NCBI GenBank assembly: GCA_977862235.1
Contig: OZ374558.1
Coordinates: 2,542,001-2,606,000, forward strand
Direction of reading: 5' to 3'
DNA: 64,000 nt
DNA from: Dudresnaya verticillata
Lineage: Eukaryota
Shown here: one piece after another, positions 23,242 to 35,245 of the stretch
Position numbering within the stretch: the stretch's first letter is position 1
Layout: each line of letters opens with the position of its first letter
Notes under the pieces: generated by a model
What the model was told of the DNA's origin: nothing
What the model saw: the letters and a program-made list of their open reading frames with translations, nothing else
The model's database searches: none
Position numbers and translations under genes: made by a program

Positions 23242-24075
23242 TGATTATATAATTTTACTCAACCTGATTTAGAGTGCGTCTGCTTTGGCAGCAGTGGCCT
23301 ATGAGCTAACACACTACGTGGAGTGCTACAAAGAGGGGGGTGGCGGGTTGGAATCGGGGGCGCTGTAACCGATGCGGCGGATGGCGTCGATGGTGTCGCC
23401 CAAGGTTGTGAACGAAGCGGGGGGCAAGTCAGGGCGGGAAAGGAGCTGAAGTGTAAGGCGTAATTCGCTGGCGCGTGAGGCCGTGGTTGGGGAGCGTGGA
23501 GGAATGGGGAAGGTCCCAAGATGCCAACGGACGGCAAGGAGGCGGTGCGTGGCGGATTCGAACTGCAGTGCAGGTGCGAAGCGGGAAGTGCTGTACACTG
23601 GGGCTGGTCGGCGACCATGCTGCAGAATGGATCGCCAGTGTTGCAATAGTTCCAGTTGTAGGTGTGAAGGACGGCGTGGATGTAGTGTAGCGCAGCGCAT
23701 GGCCGAATCATCAGATTGTCCGAGGGCGTCAAGGGCCAGTCGAGCAGCCCAGCGTGTCTTGGGGTTCTCATTACGCGCAGTTGTCTGTAGAGTGCGGACA
23801 AGGGAGTGTTGGAGGTGGCAGCGACGACGGATCATGTCCGGTAACCGATAAAGAGCCCGCAGTTTTGGCAGCCGGGAGGGAGGCATGTGGGGCGTGCGTT
23901 GGGCAATGACGGCACGGAAAAATGCGGCGTCAACGGCATCGAGTTGCTCCAGAATGGGATGGGTGAGTGCAGTGATCGTGAGGGCATACTCGATGACTGG
24001 GGCCACAAACAATCTGTACGCTATTTGGACGGCGCGCGGTGGCTTGAGGGAAGACAGATGCCGCAAACTTGGGAG
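23242..24075 (-). mobile_element. 5'-truncated non-LTR retrotransposon (LINE-like ORF2 C-terminus and 3' UTR)
   Basis: YRLFVAPVIEYA resembles the post-RT LY..FIRP.LEY motif; homologous to 25590-26750 including the 3' UTR. Confidence 0.7.
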
Positions 24076-25589
24076 GGGTGGGGGGGTGTTGATGGTATAG
24101 TGTATGTGCGGTGGTCGCGCATAGGAATTCATGGTACGTGTCAGGAGTGGCACAGCTACAACAGGAGTTGTCAGGAATTGATCTGGATGACAGGAGAAAT
24201 TCAAGAGATGTAATGTTTGCATCTGGATTTTGATGAAGACATAATGACAGCTTCCAGGAAGGAGCAGGAAGTGATTCCTGAATTCACGTTGGCAGCACCT
24301 GAGGAATGAATTGTCTGTCAGGAGATCTCGTAAAGGTCTCCTGGACTAGTGAAATCAAGCAGTTCTATACATAGTACTTTACGCTGAGTAGCATAGAGTG
24401 GCTATGGAACGCTTATGATGTTCCTGGCGCGCCTCCTGCCACTTTCGTGGCGCGCAGGACAGGGGGAGTTCAGTTTAGGCAGGTTTCCCTGAACTCAAAA
24501 GTGCATATAAGCCCCTTCAAGACTGGCACAAGTAAACAAAAAAGACAACACAGAACATAACCAGCTCCTGGACATCGCCAACCAGTTTTACCGCTATCTC
24601 CTTCACGCCCATCAGGGTTCCTCCTGGGGTCTCGCTAATCTCAAAGGGGGGGTGACGTGAAAGGATTGTAGCCCCTTCAATCCCGGTGGGGGATATATCA
24701 ATATATATCAGATATCACCTAGATATCTCGTTGCGGATTGATGCCGGAGTGTTTGCCCTGCCAGTCGAAAAACTGTGGAACTTGCGCGGCCGCGGTGGCG
24801 ACTTGGTAAGATCACAGCAAATTTACGGATAGAACAGGTCATTCCGTTGCGTTGAGCCCAGTCTTGGCAAACTTGGAGGGCAGTACGGAGAGCATGGGCC
24901 GAGTTGACGTGTCAGATGCATTCATCAGCGAATAGTCGCCCGGGTGTGGGGGAAGGCGGGGGCCAGCAGGCCTCATTCTCATCGCCGATTGGCCATGCGC
25001 AATTTGATCCCAGATATTTCGTACAGAGCGCGGAGCGACGCTGAGCGGCAATCGCACCTGCCACCTCCATCCTGGCCGTGATCCCTCCTCAGCCCACAAG
25101 TCCCTCTACCACCTTCGTCGACCTCATGTTCTCGTCCGAGTCGCGCCAGCGCCCACCACGGCCGTGATCTACACGGTAGCCTCGTGGCCTCTCTTCGCCG
25201 CGCGCAGCCTTCCCAATTTCCGGACCGCGTGATTCCCTGCCCGTGCTCCGGTGAAAACTTTCTTAACGTCTCCTCGCTGTCTACACCACTGGCTCAACCG
25301 CCTTCTCGCTGCGTGGACCTCTATCTCCCGATCTACATCCTTACTTCCTCAATCCTTCGAGCTTTTCAGACGGCGACAAAAAGAGCGCGTGCTCTTGAAT
25401 CGTGCGATAAGCACTAGTAGTAGTACACTTTATTCAAAGAAGAAAGCTGGAGTCCCTTTGGGGGCTTAATTTCTGGCATAACGTGCACTACAGTCAACGA
25501 GCCTGCGGAGATTGACCGCGACCGCTACGTATTGTAGAACAACAGGGGTGAACAGAGCGTGTTCATCTCCTTTATGCAACGTAAACGCA

Positions 25590-26750
25590 AACTAACTCGC
25601 AATGGAATTGGACCCCAGTCCATGCTCAACCGGATTCAGACCGCAAAAAGAACTGTTGGTATCCTGGCCAGCGCAGGACACATCACTCCTCGCATGTCGC
25701 CCAGTGCGCCTCGCTTCATTTACCGCACGTTTGTCGGTCCCATTATCGAGTACGCCCTGGCTCTGACCCCACTCACCCCCGAACTCGAATCAAACATGGA
25801 CAGCTCCAGGCTCTTTTCCTCCGGGTCTCAATTCGTCAGCGGACACACTACATGCCCTCACACAGGTTCAGAAAGCTGCAAGCACTCTTTAGAAGCCCAG
25901 ATTCCCCCCATCGCGGTCGACAGCTACAACATTCTCTAGTACGCCAGATCCGACAACTCTGCTGTTCCACTACCCCGAAAGTGTCCTGGGCTGCATCATC
26001 AGTGCTCCACGCCGTCAAGGTCTCGGGAATTGATGGCATGCGGAATACGATCCTCTCCCCACACCCCCCCCCAACTTCACCGTGCTCAAATTTCAGCCTG
26101 GACCCGCATACTTGGCCGGCCCTGTGTACAATTCAACAAGTCATGGCTCGGTAATGGGAAGATTTTATAGAGTAGTATCATTATCCAGGTATGTGATGGT
26201 AAACTTTTACTGGTTGTTTAAGGTGGTCTCACGGTATGTGCCCGTGTCGTTCAGCAAAGTCTTGTGTTTCGACGCAGGACGCCCGAATGCTTCCTCGCCG
26301 GTTTATGTCTTGCGATTATGGCAAACGTGTCTGGAGATGCAACGAGCTTGTATTTCCTTACTGCAGAGAAGCAGTTATCTTTGGTTTCAACACGCTTTTG
26401 CGCCGGCCCTGCAATTGCAATGCACCGCACATCGAATTCTCTCCATACAATGGCACTTAGGAACGTTCCCGATCCCTCCCCCAACCCGACAGCCGCCCAC
26501 CGCGTCCGCCGCCTACGACCCTTATTGAACCTGCTGGCTCACCCAAACCCAACTCCCACGGCCCTCGCCCGCGTAGGCCAAGCAATTGAACAAATCCGTC
26601 GCACAGGCCTCCAACACACTACACCCTCCGACGACCCCACCACAGCTCGATAGGGCCAGCTCTAGATGCGTAGCGTGTTTGCCAATAGGCCTTTGACGCC
26701 GAGGCAAGCAAGTACACTATAAACTTTGTTGAGTAAACTTTATCATCACC
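25590..26750 (+). mobile_element. Second, diverged LINE-like 3' fragment
   Basis: YRTFVGPIIEYAL and FAPALQ..WHLGTFPIPP; shared end GTTGAGTAAA..ATCAC. Confidence 0.7.
26139..26385. mobile_element. 247-bp insertion with 7-bp TSD
   Basis: TTCAACA at 26132-26138 and 26386-26392; removing it restores colinearity with the other LINE copy. Confidence 0.75.
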
Positions 26751-27154
26751 TTCTCATGATTATCACACTGCAACATTCGCTTTTTTCTGCAATATCTTCA
26801 CTCGCTTCCGCCCCCAGCCGTCTCCAACCCCTTCTTCCTCAAACGCCATCTCATCCGAATCCGACTGCATGACGCTGAGAATATGCAATGACGAGATGCA
26901 TGTAGTCATACAACTTGTCTTCGCAACGCCAAAATTACCGAGAGATAGCGGAAGAGAACAGCGGGTTCTCCGCATACTCTGGCAGCGAATCAGATTATGC
27001 GTTGAGATAGACTTGGGAAGGAAAGTAAACAGGGCGTAACCTGCGCCCAACGCACGGTCTAGGTTTACAATGCCCCTCAGGCCCCGACGGATAACACCAT
27101 TACAACCAGCGACGCCATCCGGACCAATTCGGCTTCGTGAATAATAAGCATTTG

Positions 27155-27206
27155 TCAGTTGCGTTGCCAGCGTGAATCACGTGCTTCACGCTGGCAACGC
27201 AACTGA
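27155..27206. repeat. Perfect 22-bp inverted repeat with 8-nt spacer
   Basis: TCAGTTGCGTTGCCAGCGTGAA-tcacgtgc-TTCACGCTGGCAACGCAACTGA. Confidence 0.95.
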
Positions 27207-27388
27207 AAAATAGCTTTTGGTACGACTTTTGTGCCATTGCCGCCGTTAAAAGTCACCCACGATCACAGCGATCTTCGCAAGCGAGCCTGACGAAATTCAC
27301 CAGGCAAATAGGACGTCCTCTACGTGGTATGGTTCAACAAAAGCAACAACAACGGCTGCAACAATTTCTTCCTTTTCTTAGTGATATA

Positions 27389-27982
27389 CTATTCCTTATC
27401 ACTGATAGTTCCATCATACGGTCCAATGAGCACACTTACGATAGGGAATAAATGCATTAGTCTGGTTTGTGATAGAAAAGAATCTGACCAGCTCCCGCAA
27501 TGCTGATCCGGGCATGTATAGTAAGAAAGAGAATTATCTTGCATCGAAATGCCGGAGAAGAACTCGCAACTGTGAGGGCATAGGACCCTTGCAAGATAGA
27601 ACTTCTTTCCGAAGCTCTTCTCAGTGTATGTCGCAGCCGGGTTCTCCGGTAGACTATCCTCTGCCGGGGAAATCCAATCCAGTTCGGCCCCACTCTCGTT
27701 TATCACGACCTCGTATTCCGTAGTTTTCATAGCTCCAAGCAAAGGCATAACAAAAGCATAGTCCGTGCCTTATTCCTTGTATCCAAAGCAGTAGGTCCCA
27801 CGGATAAACGCACGAGCAACATCACGATACAAGACAGTCTTTTCCATCCACACTGTCTTGTATCGTAATATTGCTCGCGGGTACCGAATACCATCGCATC
27901 TGAACGGGGGACTATTTGAGAAAATAATTGGGAGGATGGGCTGGCGGGCTACGTGAGGGGGACAGGTATTCATGGAGAGCAA
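27389..27982 (-). pseudogene. Possible degraded gene of unknown function
   Basis: ORFs 27770-27982 and 27389-27748 share a frame and are separated by one stop; no motif recognised. Confidence 0.3.
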
Positions 27983-28367
27983 TGCACCCTGATTGCCTTG
28001 ATGGCACTGGAGCCAGGAATTTGATTAGTAAGACCTCACTCGTTGCTTGTCAGAGAATCTGGTGACAGAGAAGTTGGTTGTCGCTGGGAGCGCAGTTCAG
28101 ACCAAATATTCCATGCGGATTTGACGTCCATCCGCAGTCACACATTACAGTAGCAGTAGGTGTGTACCTGGATTGTGTCTCAACGAGTAGCCATCTCAGT
28201 ACTCGTAGTGTCGGGGATCTGGGCCCCTGGCGGTCCTGAAGTTGATAGCTCACACTCGTACCATTCATTTGACTGTAGGATTTGCCGAACGTTTGGAACC
28301 TTTTCCTTCTCGTGTCTCCCCGAACCCTTCGTGTGCACTTTGCGAGAACGTCTCGTCTGTACCGCGC

Positions 28368-28645
28368 TGTGACAGGCTTAAGATTTTGTAGCCTGGGGAA
28401 ACTTTGTTTTTTGGGGTTGTGTTGTTCTGATGTTTCGGCGCCTTTCTAAAGAGGGCTTCTCTAGAGAAACCACTTGGTTATATACTAACTCATGGAGCAA
28501 AACTACTAGTGCATAGTACAGCAACCAAGAGGTATGTAAGATAAAGTATGTAAGTCCTACGCATAGGAACATACATGGTAGAATCACAAGAGCCACCAGC
28601 AGAACCGTGCCGGTACAAACCTACCAGGTATTCCATCCTGGTACA
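28368..28645 (-). repeat. 3' LTR of F (278 bp)
   Basis: Direct repeat of 42480-42715; adjacent to the PPT. Confidence 0.95.
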
Positions 28646-28655
28646 CTCCCCTCTT

Positions 28656-31600
28656 TTAGAGCGCAAGAAGGCTACGCGCCTTCTCAACTAACTCTTGCGG
28701 AGTGTTCTTGCGTTGAAGTAATCGAAGTAACATCTGCGGTACATCTTCGTAGACTTGACCTAATGGTTCTAAAGTGTCTTCCGAATTTGGGAGATATTTC
28801 CAGCGAACGAGAACCATGAGACCATCATCGGTATCCACAAGCTTCATAAGTCGAGCCACGGGCATACCTCTTTCGGATGACAGTACATGTGACATGATTA
28901 TCGTTTGGTTCAGGGATGAATCTCTATAAAACTTGAGACGACTCCCATGAATCTCATCGAGTTGACCATTGCGGAGATCCTCGACTTGGTAAACGTAATC
29001 GTTTAGTGCTTTGATAACCCGACGTGGTCCACGCCAACGAAGGGCAAGTTTTTCGCCAGCAAAGAACTCTTCTCGGGCCACTAATACATAGTCACCTTCA
29101 GTGAAGTTTGCGAGCTGTCCTTTGGAGGTAGCCTCGCGTTGCCGTTCACGCATTGCCTTGACAGTATCTTGAACCATAGGGTGAATTTGTGCCATATGTT
29201 CTTGTAGCGCGTCAATGTTTAGCAAGCGCTCTTGTTGTAACTCATCGAGTGATACCGGCTTGGTTGTTTCCGTACGCATGAAGGTACTGATTGGTGCGGT
29301 TGGTTCGCGACCAAGGAAAGCTTTGACTGGAGATAGGTTTCCTCGTTGAGGGCTTGGTGCATTGTTGAGCACACTTTGTACCATCGGAAGAAGATCGGGC
29401 CACTCCGTCAGATTCATCTGAAGTTCAGATAGTACCGATCGGAAAACTCTTAGAAGTTCCTTTCCCAGTCGTTCCACAGCTCCATTGCTCCATGGACTGT
29501 AGGGAAGAGTGAAGTGGTGAGGAACTTTAAGTCCCTTGCACACCAGCCGAACGGTTCCATTTTTGAAATGTGTTGGTCCGTCCGAAAGTAAACCATTTGG
29601 TACACCGAAAGCGGCTGACCAGTCGTTTATGGCGACGGCTTCGTTTTCCGCGGAGGTGTCCGAAAAGGCAAAGAACCACTTGTAATCCGAATGGTCGTCT
29701 CTCATCATGAGTACATATTTTTCGCCAGTCCTACTAGGTCCCAACTCAATGTAGTCGAACTGTAGTAATTCATTTGGCGCGGCACCCTGGATGGCAGGAC
29801 CGAATGCACGAGGTATCTTCCCCCCTCCAAGAGTTGACAAACAATGGATACATGCACGGACGAAGGTGCGGACGTCCGTGGTAAGTGTAGACCAAAAATA
29901 ATGGTGACGAAGAATCGTAATCGTAGAATCCCGGCCGCGGTGTCCACTAGGTCCGGTGTGCACAACCGTAGTTGGAGATCCGTAGCGGAGTCGGGGATCC
30001 ACATTGCTCCGTGAGGATTACGCCAGGCGTTGTTGACCAGGTGTAGGTTCGTAGGGCGCTCATCCTCAAAGGTTTTTTGGACGTTAACCACTTCGGTAAG
30101 TGTAGGCCACTCGAATTCCGGGGCGACCGAAGAAGGTAGTTCAGGGATGTGTACCAATCGGCGAATGGTAGCAGGCGCGGACCAGCGACCGAGGAGGTCA
30201 GCCCAAACATTGTCCGGCCCCTTGATATGGAAACAAGTATAATTGTAAACGCTGAGGCGGACAGCCCAACGGAGAACCTTACGAATGGTAGTCTGAGAGA
30301 GATCAGGAACTACCGAGAGTGGGTCGAAGAGGAAGATCAAATTGTTATGATCCGTATACAAGTCGAAACCCTCGGGGGTAGCAGTAAGCCAGTGGGTGCG
30401 CGTTAAGGAGGCGACAACCGCATAGGCTTCCTTTTCCAAAGTGGACCAACCCATTTGGGTCTTGTTAAATCGACCTGAGAGGAATACCAAAGGTTCGTGG
30501 TTTTGTTCCGAAGGCGGTAGCGGAAGGTCCTTGTGGGGAACCTGAGTGAGGATACCAGACCATATGGTATCGGATGCGTCTGTGTAGATGCAGAGGCGTT
30601 TTTTGTAGTCGCGATGCGCGAGCGTAACCTGAAGGGCGAGAGCTTTCTTGCATTCTTCAAAGGTTTCCGTAAGATGGTGATTCCAGCCAAAGGTGTCTAG
30701 CTGCAAGCGCGCGACGGCACGCTTAGTGCGTTTACCAACATGGTCATATATCAGCTCCATGAAGTCATGCAGGGGCTGTACCAATTTGGTGAAGTTGGGA
30801 ATACCGCATCTTACCCACTGTAGAGCACAGATAAATTGTTGAAGGTGTGCCCCGGTGGTAGGAAGAGCCATTTGAAGGAGACCATTAAGGTGAGCTGGGT
30901 CATAGCGAATACCTGTTGGTGAAATCAGTCTCCCACACCAGCAAATGGTTTTTGCGAAGAGAGTGCACTTCACCGGATGTAATTTCAGGTTGTACTGTAC
31001 GAAGAGACTAAACAGTGAACGAATAGACTCTAGTAAACCTGATATGGTGGAATCGTGGACAAGAACGTCGTCCAACCAGCGTAGAGTCTTGCGACGCAGT
31101 TTGTCGGGTAGTATTGTCGCGAGAGAGGACTGTAAATGTGTCACCGCGTTGGTAGTACCGTGCAGGACACGCGTAGGCGAATAAATGCCATCGGGGGTTA
31201 TAAAGGACTGCAGGGCTTGCGATTCTCGAGCGAGCTCGAGCTGCCAATAACCATGTGAGAAATCAAAGGTAGCATATACCTTTGAGGTAGATAGCTCAGT
31301 GAGTTCATGTTCCAAGTTTGGCATCGGGTACTGATGCTTCATGGTGAACTTATTGACTGGGCGTAAGTCAACAGTAAAACGATATCTCGCAGGACCAGGT
31401 TTGGGAACCAACAAAGGTGCACATGCCCATGCGGATGTAGGGTTCGGATAGGCCAATCCATGCCGGACGAGCTCCGCCACAAATTTTGCAAGGAACGAAC
31501 GCTGCTCCTGAGAGTAATTTCTTAAGCGAACCTTGACAGGTCGCGCGTCAGGCGTAAGTTCAACCTTGAGTGGAGGAAGCCGTGCAGGTTCACCTGAAGA

Positions 31601-32719
31601 GAAACCAGTGCGGAAGATATTTTTGTGTTCGTCCACAATCTTGCACAGTGTCTCCTTTGGGGTTGTAGGAAGTCCTGGGTCAAAGGCGGCTTTTTTCATG
31701 GCCTGGATGGCATCTTCGATATTACCATGCTGGTCACTGTCCACTGGGTCTAACAACGAGGGGTCAGGAAAAGGATCCTCCTCGTTCCTTGCCTGGAAGT
31801 AACTCACGCGAGGGCGTTCCACGAGTGGGTCATCCTGAGTACCTGTGGTGGTCGATGTACCTTTTTCAGTCACTCGGTTAAGTCTCGAGATCATCATCCT
31901 GCTCAGAGCACCTTTTTGATTTTCCCTTGTGGGGTTACCAATGCTGGAGCAGTCTGCACCATCCAATTCAGAACGGTTGTATTCCAATAAGGTTCTGGTG
32001 TCGACCTGCAAATGCTGCAGTACCGGTAAAACAATGAGGAGGTCCTCACACGTAAGCTCCTCATCAGCAACTAAGTAAGTTACGTTCACGAGAGCAAGTT
32101 GTCCCGAAGACAAATGAAGTACTGTCCTCGGAGGTGTCCATGGTCGGGAGAAGGAGAACTGCTGAGATTCGTCTCCAGCTTTGAGAGCAACTCTCAACTT
32201 AATAGGTTTGATGGCTGTCATCCTACCAATTCCTTGGAGAACTGCTTTTTCAGCAACCTTTCGGGATACGAGACTGTCGTCACTACCATCGTCGGTACGA
32301 CCAGTAGCGGTAAGCGCTACGGTACCATCCGATAAGGTAATCTTGCAGGAAGGATGCTCCAAAGAGTGTTCGACTGCAGGGAGATACGTTTTAGTACCAA
32401 CTCGCCCCGAAGTCCTCGGTTTAGAACCAATAGGTGAGGAAGTAGACTTTGAACTTGTTGAAGTAGAACCAGTTCGGCTACGGGTAGACCGAGATGGACC
32501 GTCGCGAAGTTTAGCGGCTTTAAGGTCTTCGTACATCTTCGGTTTTTCCTCGTAGGTTGCTTCTGGATAATGCTTGATAAAGTGCTTCAACCCTTTTGCA
32601 CGACAGGGACCAAATGGGCAAGGTGGTAACTCGCGTTGAGGTTTGGTACCTGTTGAGGTTGACGTTATTTCCGTAAAGGTATGCGTGCTAGAGTTGTTTC
32701 CTGAACGGTATGACTTGTT
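28656..32719 (-). pseudogene. pol: F gag C-terminus plus PR-RT-RH-IN-chromodomain; frameshift near 29960
   Basis: DDGSD protease, RFTVDLRPVN, WLDD, YTDAS and YTDH, HHCC, LSDGPTHF, VRWK..EDTLEP. Confidence 0.93.
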
Positions 32720-33570
32720 TGTGGTATAACGAAAACGAAGTCCACGGAGACGCGGGGAAGTCTCGCACTGTAAGCGAATGGCCTCGGAGCCTAGCGAATG
32801 GCCTCGTAGCCTAACGAAGAAACGAAAACGGGGTGGTAGCGTGGTAGAGCAGAGCGGCTAACACGAAGGACCACGGTGTCAACGTATTCGTGTGCGGAAG
32901 GGAGAACTCGAGCAATCGATCACCGGGGATGACTCCGGGTGCGCGGGGCTATCGAAAGCGAGGCTCGACCGTATCCGCAGTCACGAAGACGAAGACACCG
33001 AACTCGAAGAAACAGCGTTTACCGAAGACTCCGAGGTCCGGGCGCTAGTCGCTTATCGGAAACCCTCGGAGGTTGTGCCAGACGACTGGCTAAGTACTTC
33101 TACGTGAGCACGAATGCGCGTCAACTCGGGAGACGGTTGGTACTCGAATGATTCGTAACAGCCTCGGTGCCAGCGAACGGTCGCCTCACGTATGGTGGCG
33201 GTTGCGGAGTGCGCCAGCGATGCATACGGAGGTGCGCGTGTCTCGTGGGCCCCGGTGCCGTTACGCGCGGGAAACAACGGGAAAGTCACGAAGGTGTCAG
33301 CGATTTCGTATCGGGTGCGCACTGTAATGCGAATGCCATCGTGGCGTGCGCGATCGCGAAGTCGGATCGGGATTCATCCGGAGGTGTCAGCGATTTCGTA
33401 TCACGTGCGTGCTGTAATGCGTATGCCATCGTGGCGCGCGCACCGTATGCATCGCTGTAATACGTTTGCCATCGTGGCGTGCGCATTCACGGAGTCATTT
33501 CGAAATTCGTATTTCTCGATTACTTTCACGTAGGCCACGGAGTCATTACACGAATAGCGTCTATACCACA
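32720..33570 (-). repeat. 3' LTR of A2
   Basis: Repeat of 40796-41646 with about 7 differences seen by eye. Confidence 0.97.
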
Positions 33571-33670
33571 CGGCCCCCCCCCTCAAGAGCGAACGTCCCG
33601 GGCGCGGGTTACGAATTACGAAATGGCGTGGCCCGGTTTCCCTCGGTGGAGCGCCGGATGAGCGGGAGCG

Positions 33671-35245
33671 TTAATCGTGCGACGAATTGCGGAGCACGAA
33701 ATCGGGGCCACGGAACCATGCGGGGTCCCAGTCGGAGAGCCATTCGTGGGCGAGTAGCACGGGGTCACGCGGGTCCGCTTGGCTGCGAAGCCTTGCGAAG
33801 TAGCGCGAAACGAGTTCTTCGGGCACGTGCGTGCGAGGTTCCCACGTATGCGTCGCGTAGCCGTCCCACTTGATACGAAACACGAATTTGCCGGCGTCGT
33901 CGGTCGAGTGATCGAGGATGCGATCGACAACGTATTCGGGGCCTTCGGTGACCTTTTCCGCAATGTCTTCGGGTCGCGTAATCGACGGTCGCGAATTCGT
34001 AGGTGGTGGCGCGTAGATGCAGTGGTCCGCGGAGACGCGTTCAACGAGGCCCTTGCGATCGATTACGAGTGTACGCGTATCGTTGAAGAGCACTTTGTAC
34101 GGCCCCTCCGGGGGGGATTTCAACTTCGGAAGTTTCGTTTTCCCATCGTGGGTATCGAGGTACACGTAGTCTCCGGGTTTGAGGCGGCTCTTCGTGTGGC
34201 GGATGCGCTTATCGAAGTCGCGTTTGTAACGATTTTGAACTCGCTGTAACGAAGTGCGTGCGGAATCGATAGCGAAATCGAGTCGCTTAACGAAATCGTT
34301 GCGAAGGTCCTCCGTGGGTTTGGGTCGATGCTTCCGGGAGCGATGTTTCACGGTGAACTCGGGCGGCGGTCGCGATAAAACGAGATTGAACGGAGTTGTC
34401 TTCGTGGACCGATGAACGTGGCAATTGTACGAATACGTTAACGCGGAAACGTAGCGGTCCCAATCGTTTTGGTGGTCGTTCACGTAGTTACGAAGCATCG
34501 CGAGGATAGTGCGGTTATAGCGTTCGGTTTGTCCATTCGTTTGCGGATGATACGCGGAAGTGAATACGTTCGATAACCCGAGTAAGCGACAGACGCCCTG
34601 AAAGAACTTCGAAGTAAACTGTTTCCCGTTATCCGAGAGCACCGAGGCTGGCGGTCCGTACTTGAATATCCAAACTTCGCAAAAGGCAACGGCCACGTGA
34701 TACGCGGTTATGACTCGTAGTGTGGCCACCTGGGTCAACTTCGTAAAGCGATCCGTAATCACGAGAATGAACTTGCGTCCGGATTTCGTTCGTGGCAACG
34801 GGCCTAAGATGTCAATCGCGACCGATTCGAGTGGGCGCGTAGCGGGGAAGAGCTTCAAGCGATGAAGATTCCTTCGGAGACGGATTCGATTCCTTGCGCA
34901 ATGTTTGCAGTTACGAACCGTGGATGCGATATCGGCTGCCATGTAAGGCCAGTAATACGTTTCACGAAGTGAGTAGAACATACGATTTTGCCCCGGGTGG
35001 CCAGCGAGTAACGAATGATGCGCCAGCGTGAGCAAGCGAGGTCGGAGCGTCTCGGGCAATACGATTTGCGTTAGCTTCGGACTCGTTGGGTGCGTTCGTC
35101 GCAGGAGACCGTCTCCATCTTCGTGAAAGAGACTATCCTTCGTTTTCGATTGTCGTGATTGCACCGTTTGGCAGAACGAATCAATACGTTGTCCTTCGAG
35201 GATTTCGGTTACCATAATCGGCGCAGGGAGGTCCACGGGTTTCAC
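33671..35245 (-). CDS. A2 integrase plus chromodomain (frame open upstream to 35647)
   Basis: HHCC, DDE core, GPY motif, chromodomain. Confidence 0.92.
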   Translation of the reverse strand: MKPVDLPAPIMVTEILEGQRIDSFCQTVQSRQSKTKDSLFHEDGDGLLRRTHPTSPKLTQIVLPETLRPRLLTLAHHSLLAGHPGQNRMFYSLRETYYWPYMAADIASTVRNCKHCARNRIRLRRNLHRLKLFPATRPLESVAIDILGPLPRTKSGRKFILVITDRFTKLTQVATLRVITAYHVAVAFCEVWIFKYGPPASVLSDNGKQFTSKFFQGVCRLLGLSNVFTSAYHPQTNGQTERYNRTILAMLRNYVNDHQNDWDRYVSALTYSYNCHVHRSTKTTPFNLVLSRPPPEFTVKHRSRKHRPKPTEDLRNDFVKRLDFAIDSARTSLQRVQNRYKRDFDKRIRHTKSRLKPGDYVYLDTHDGKTKLPKLKSPPEGPYKVLFNDTRTLVIDRKGLVERVSADHCIYAPPPTNSRPSITRPEDIAEKVTEGPEYVVDRILDHSTDDAGKFVFRIKWDGYATHTWEPRTHVPEELVSRYFARLRSQADPRDPVLLAHEWLSDWDPAWFRGPDFVLRNSSHD

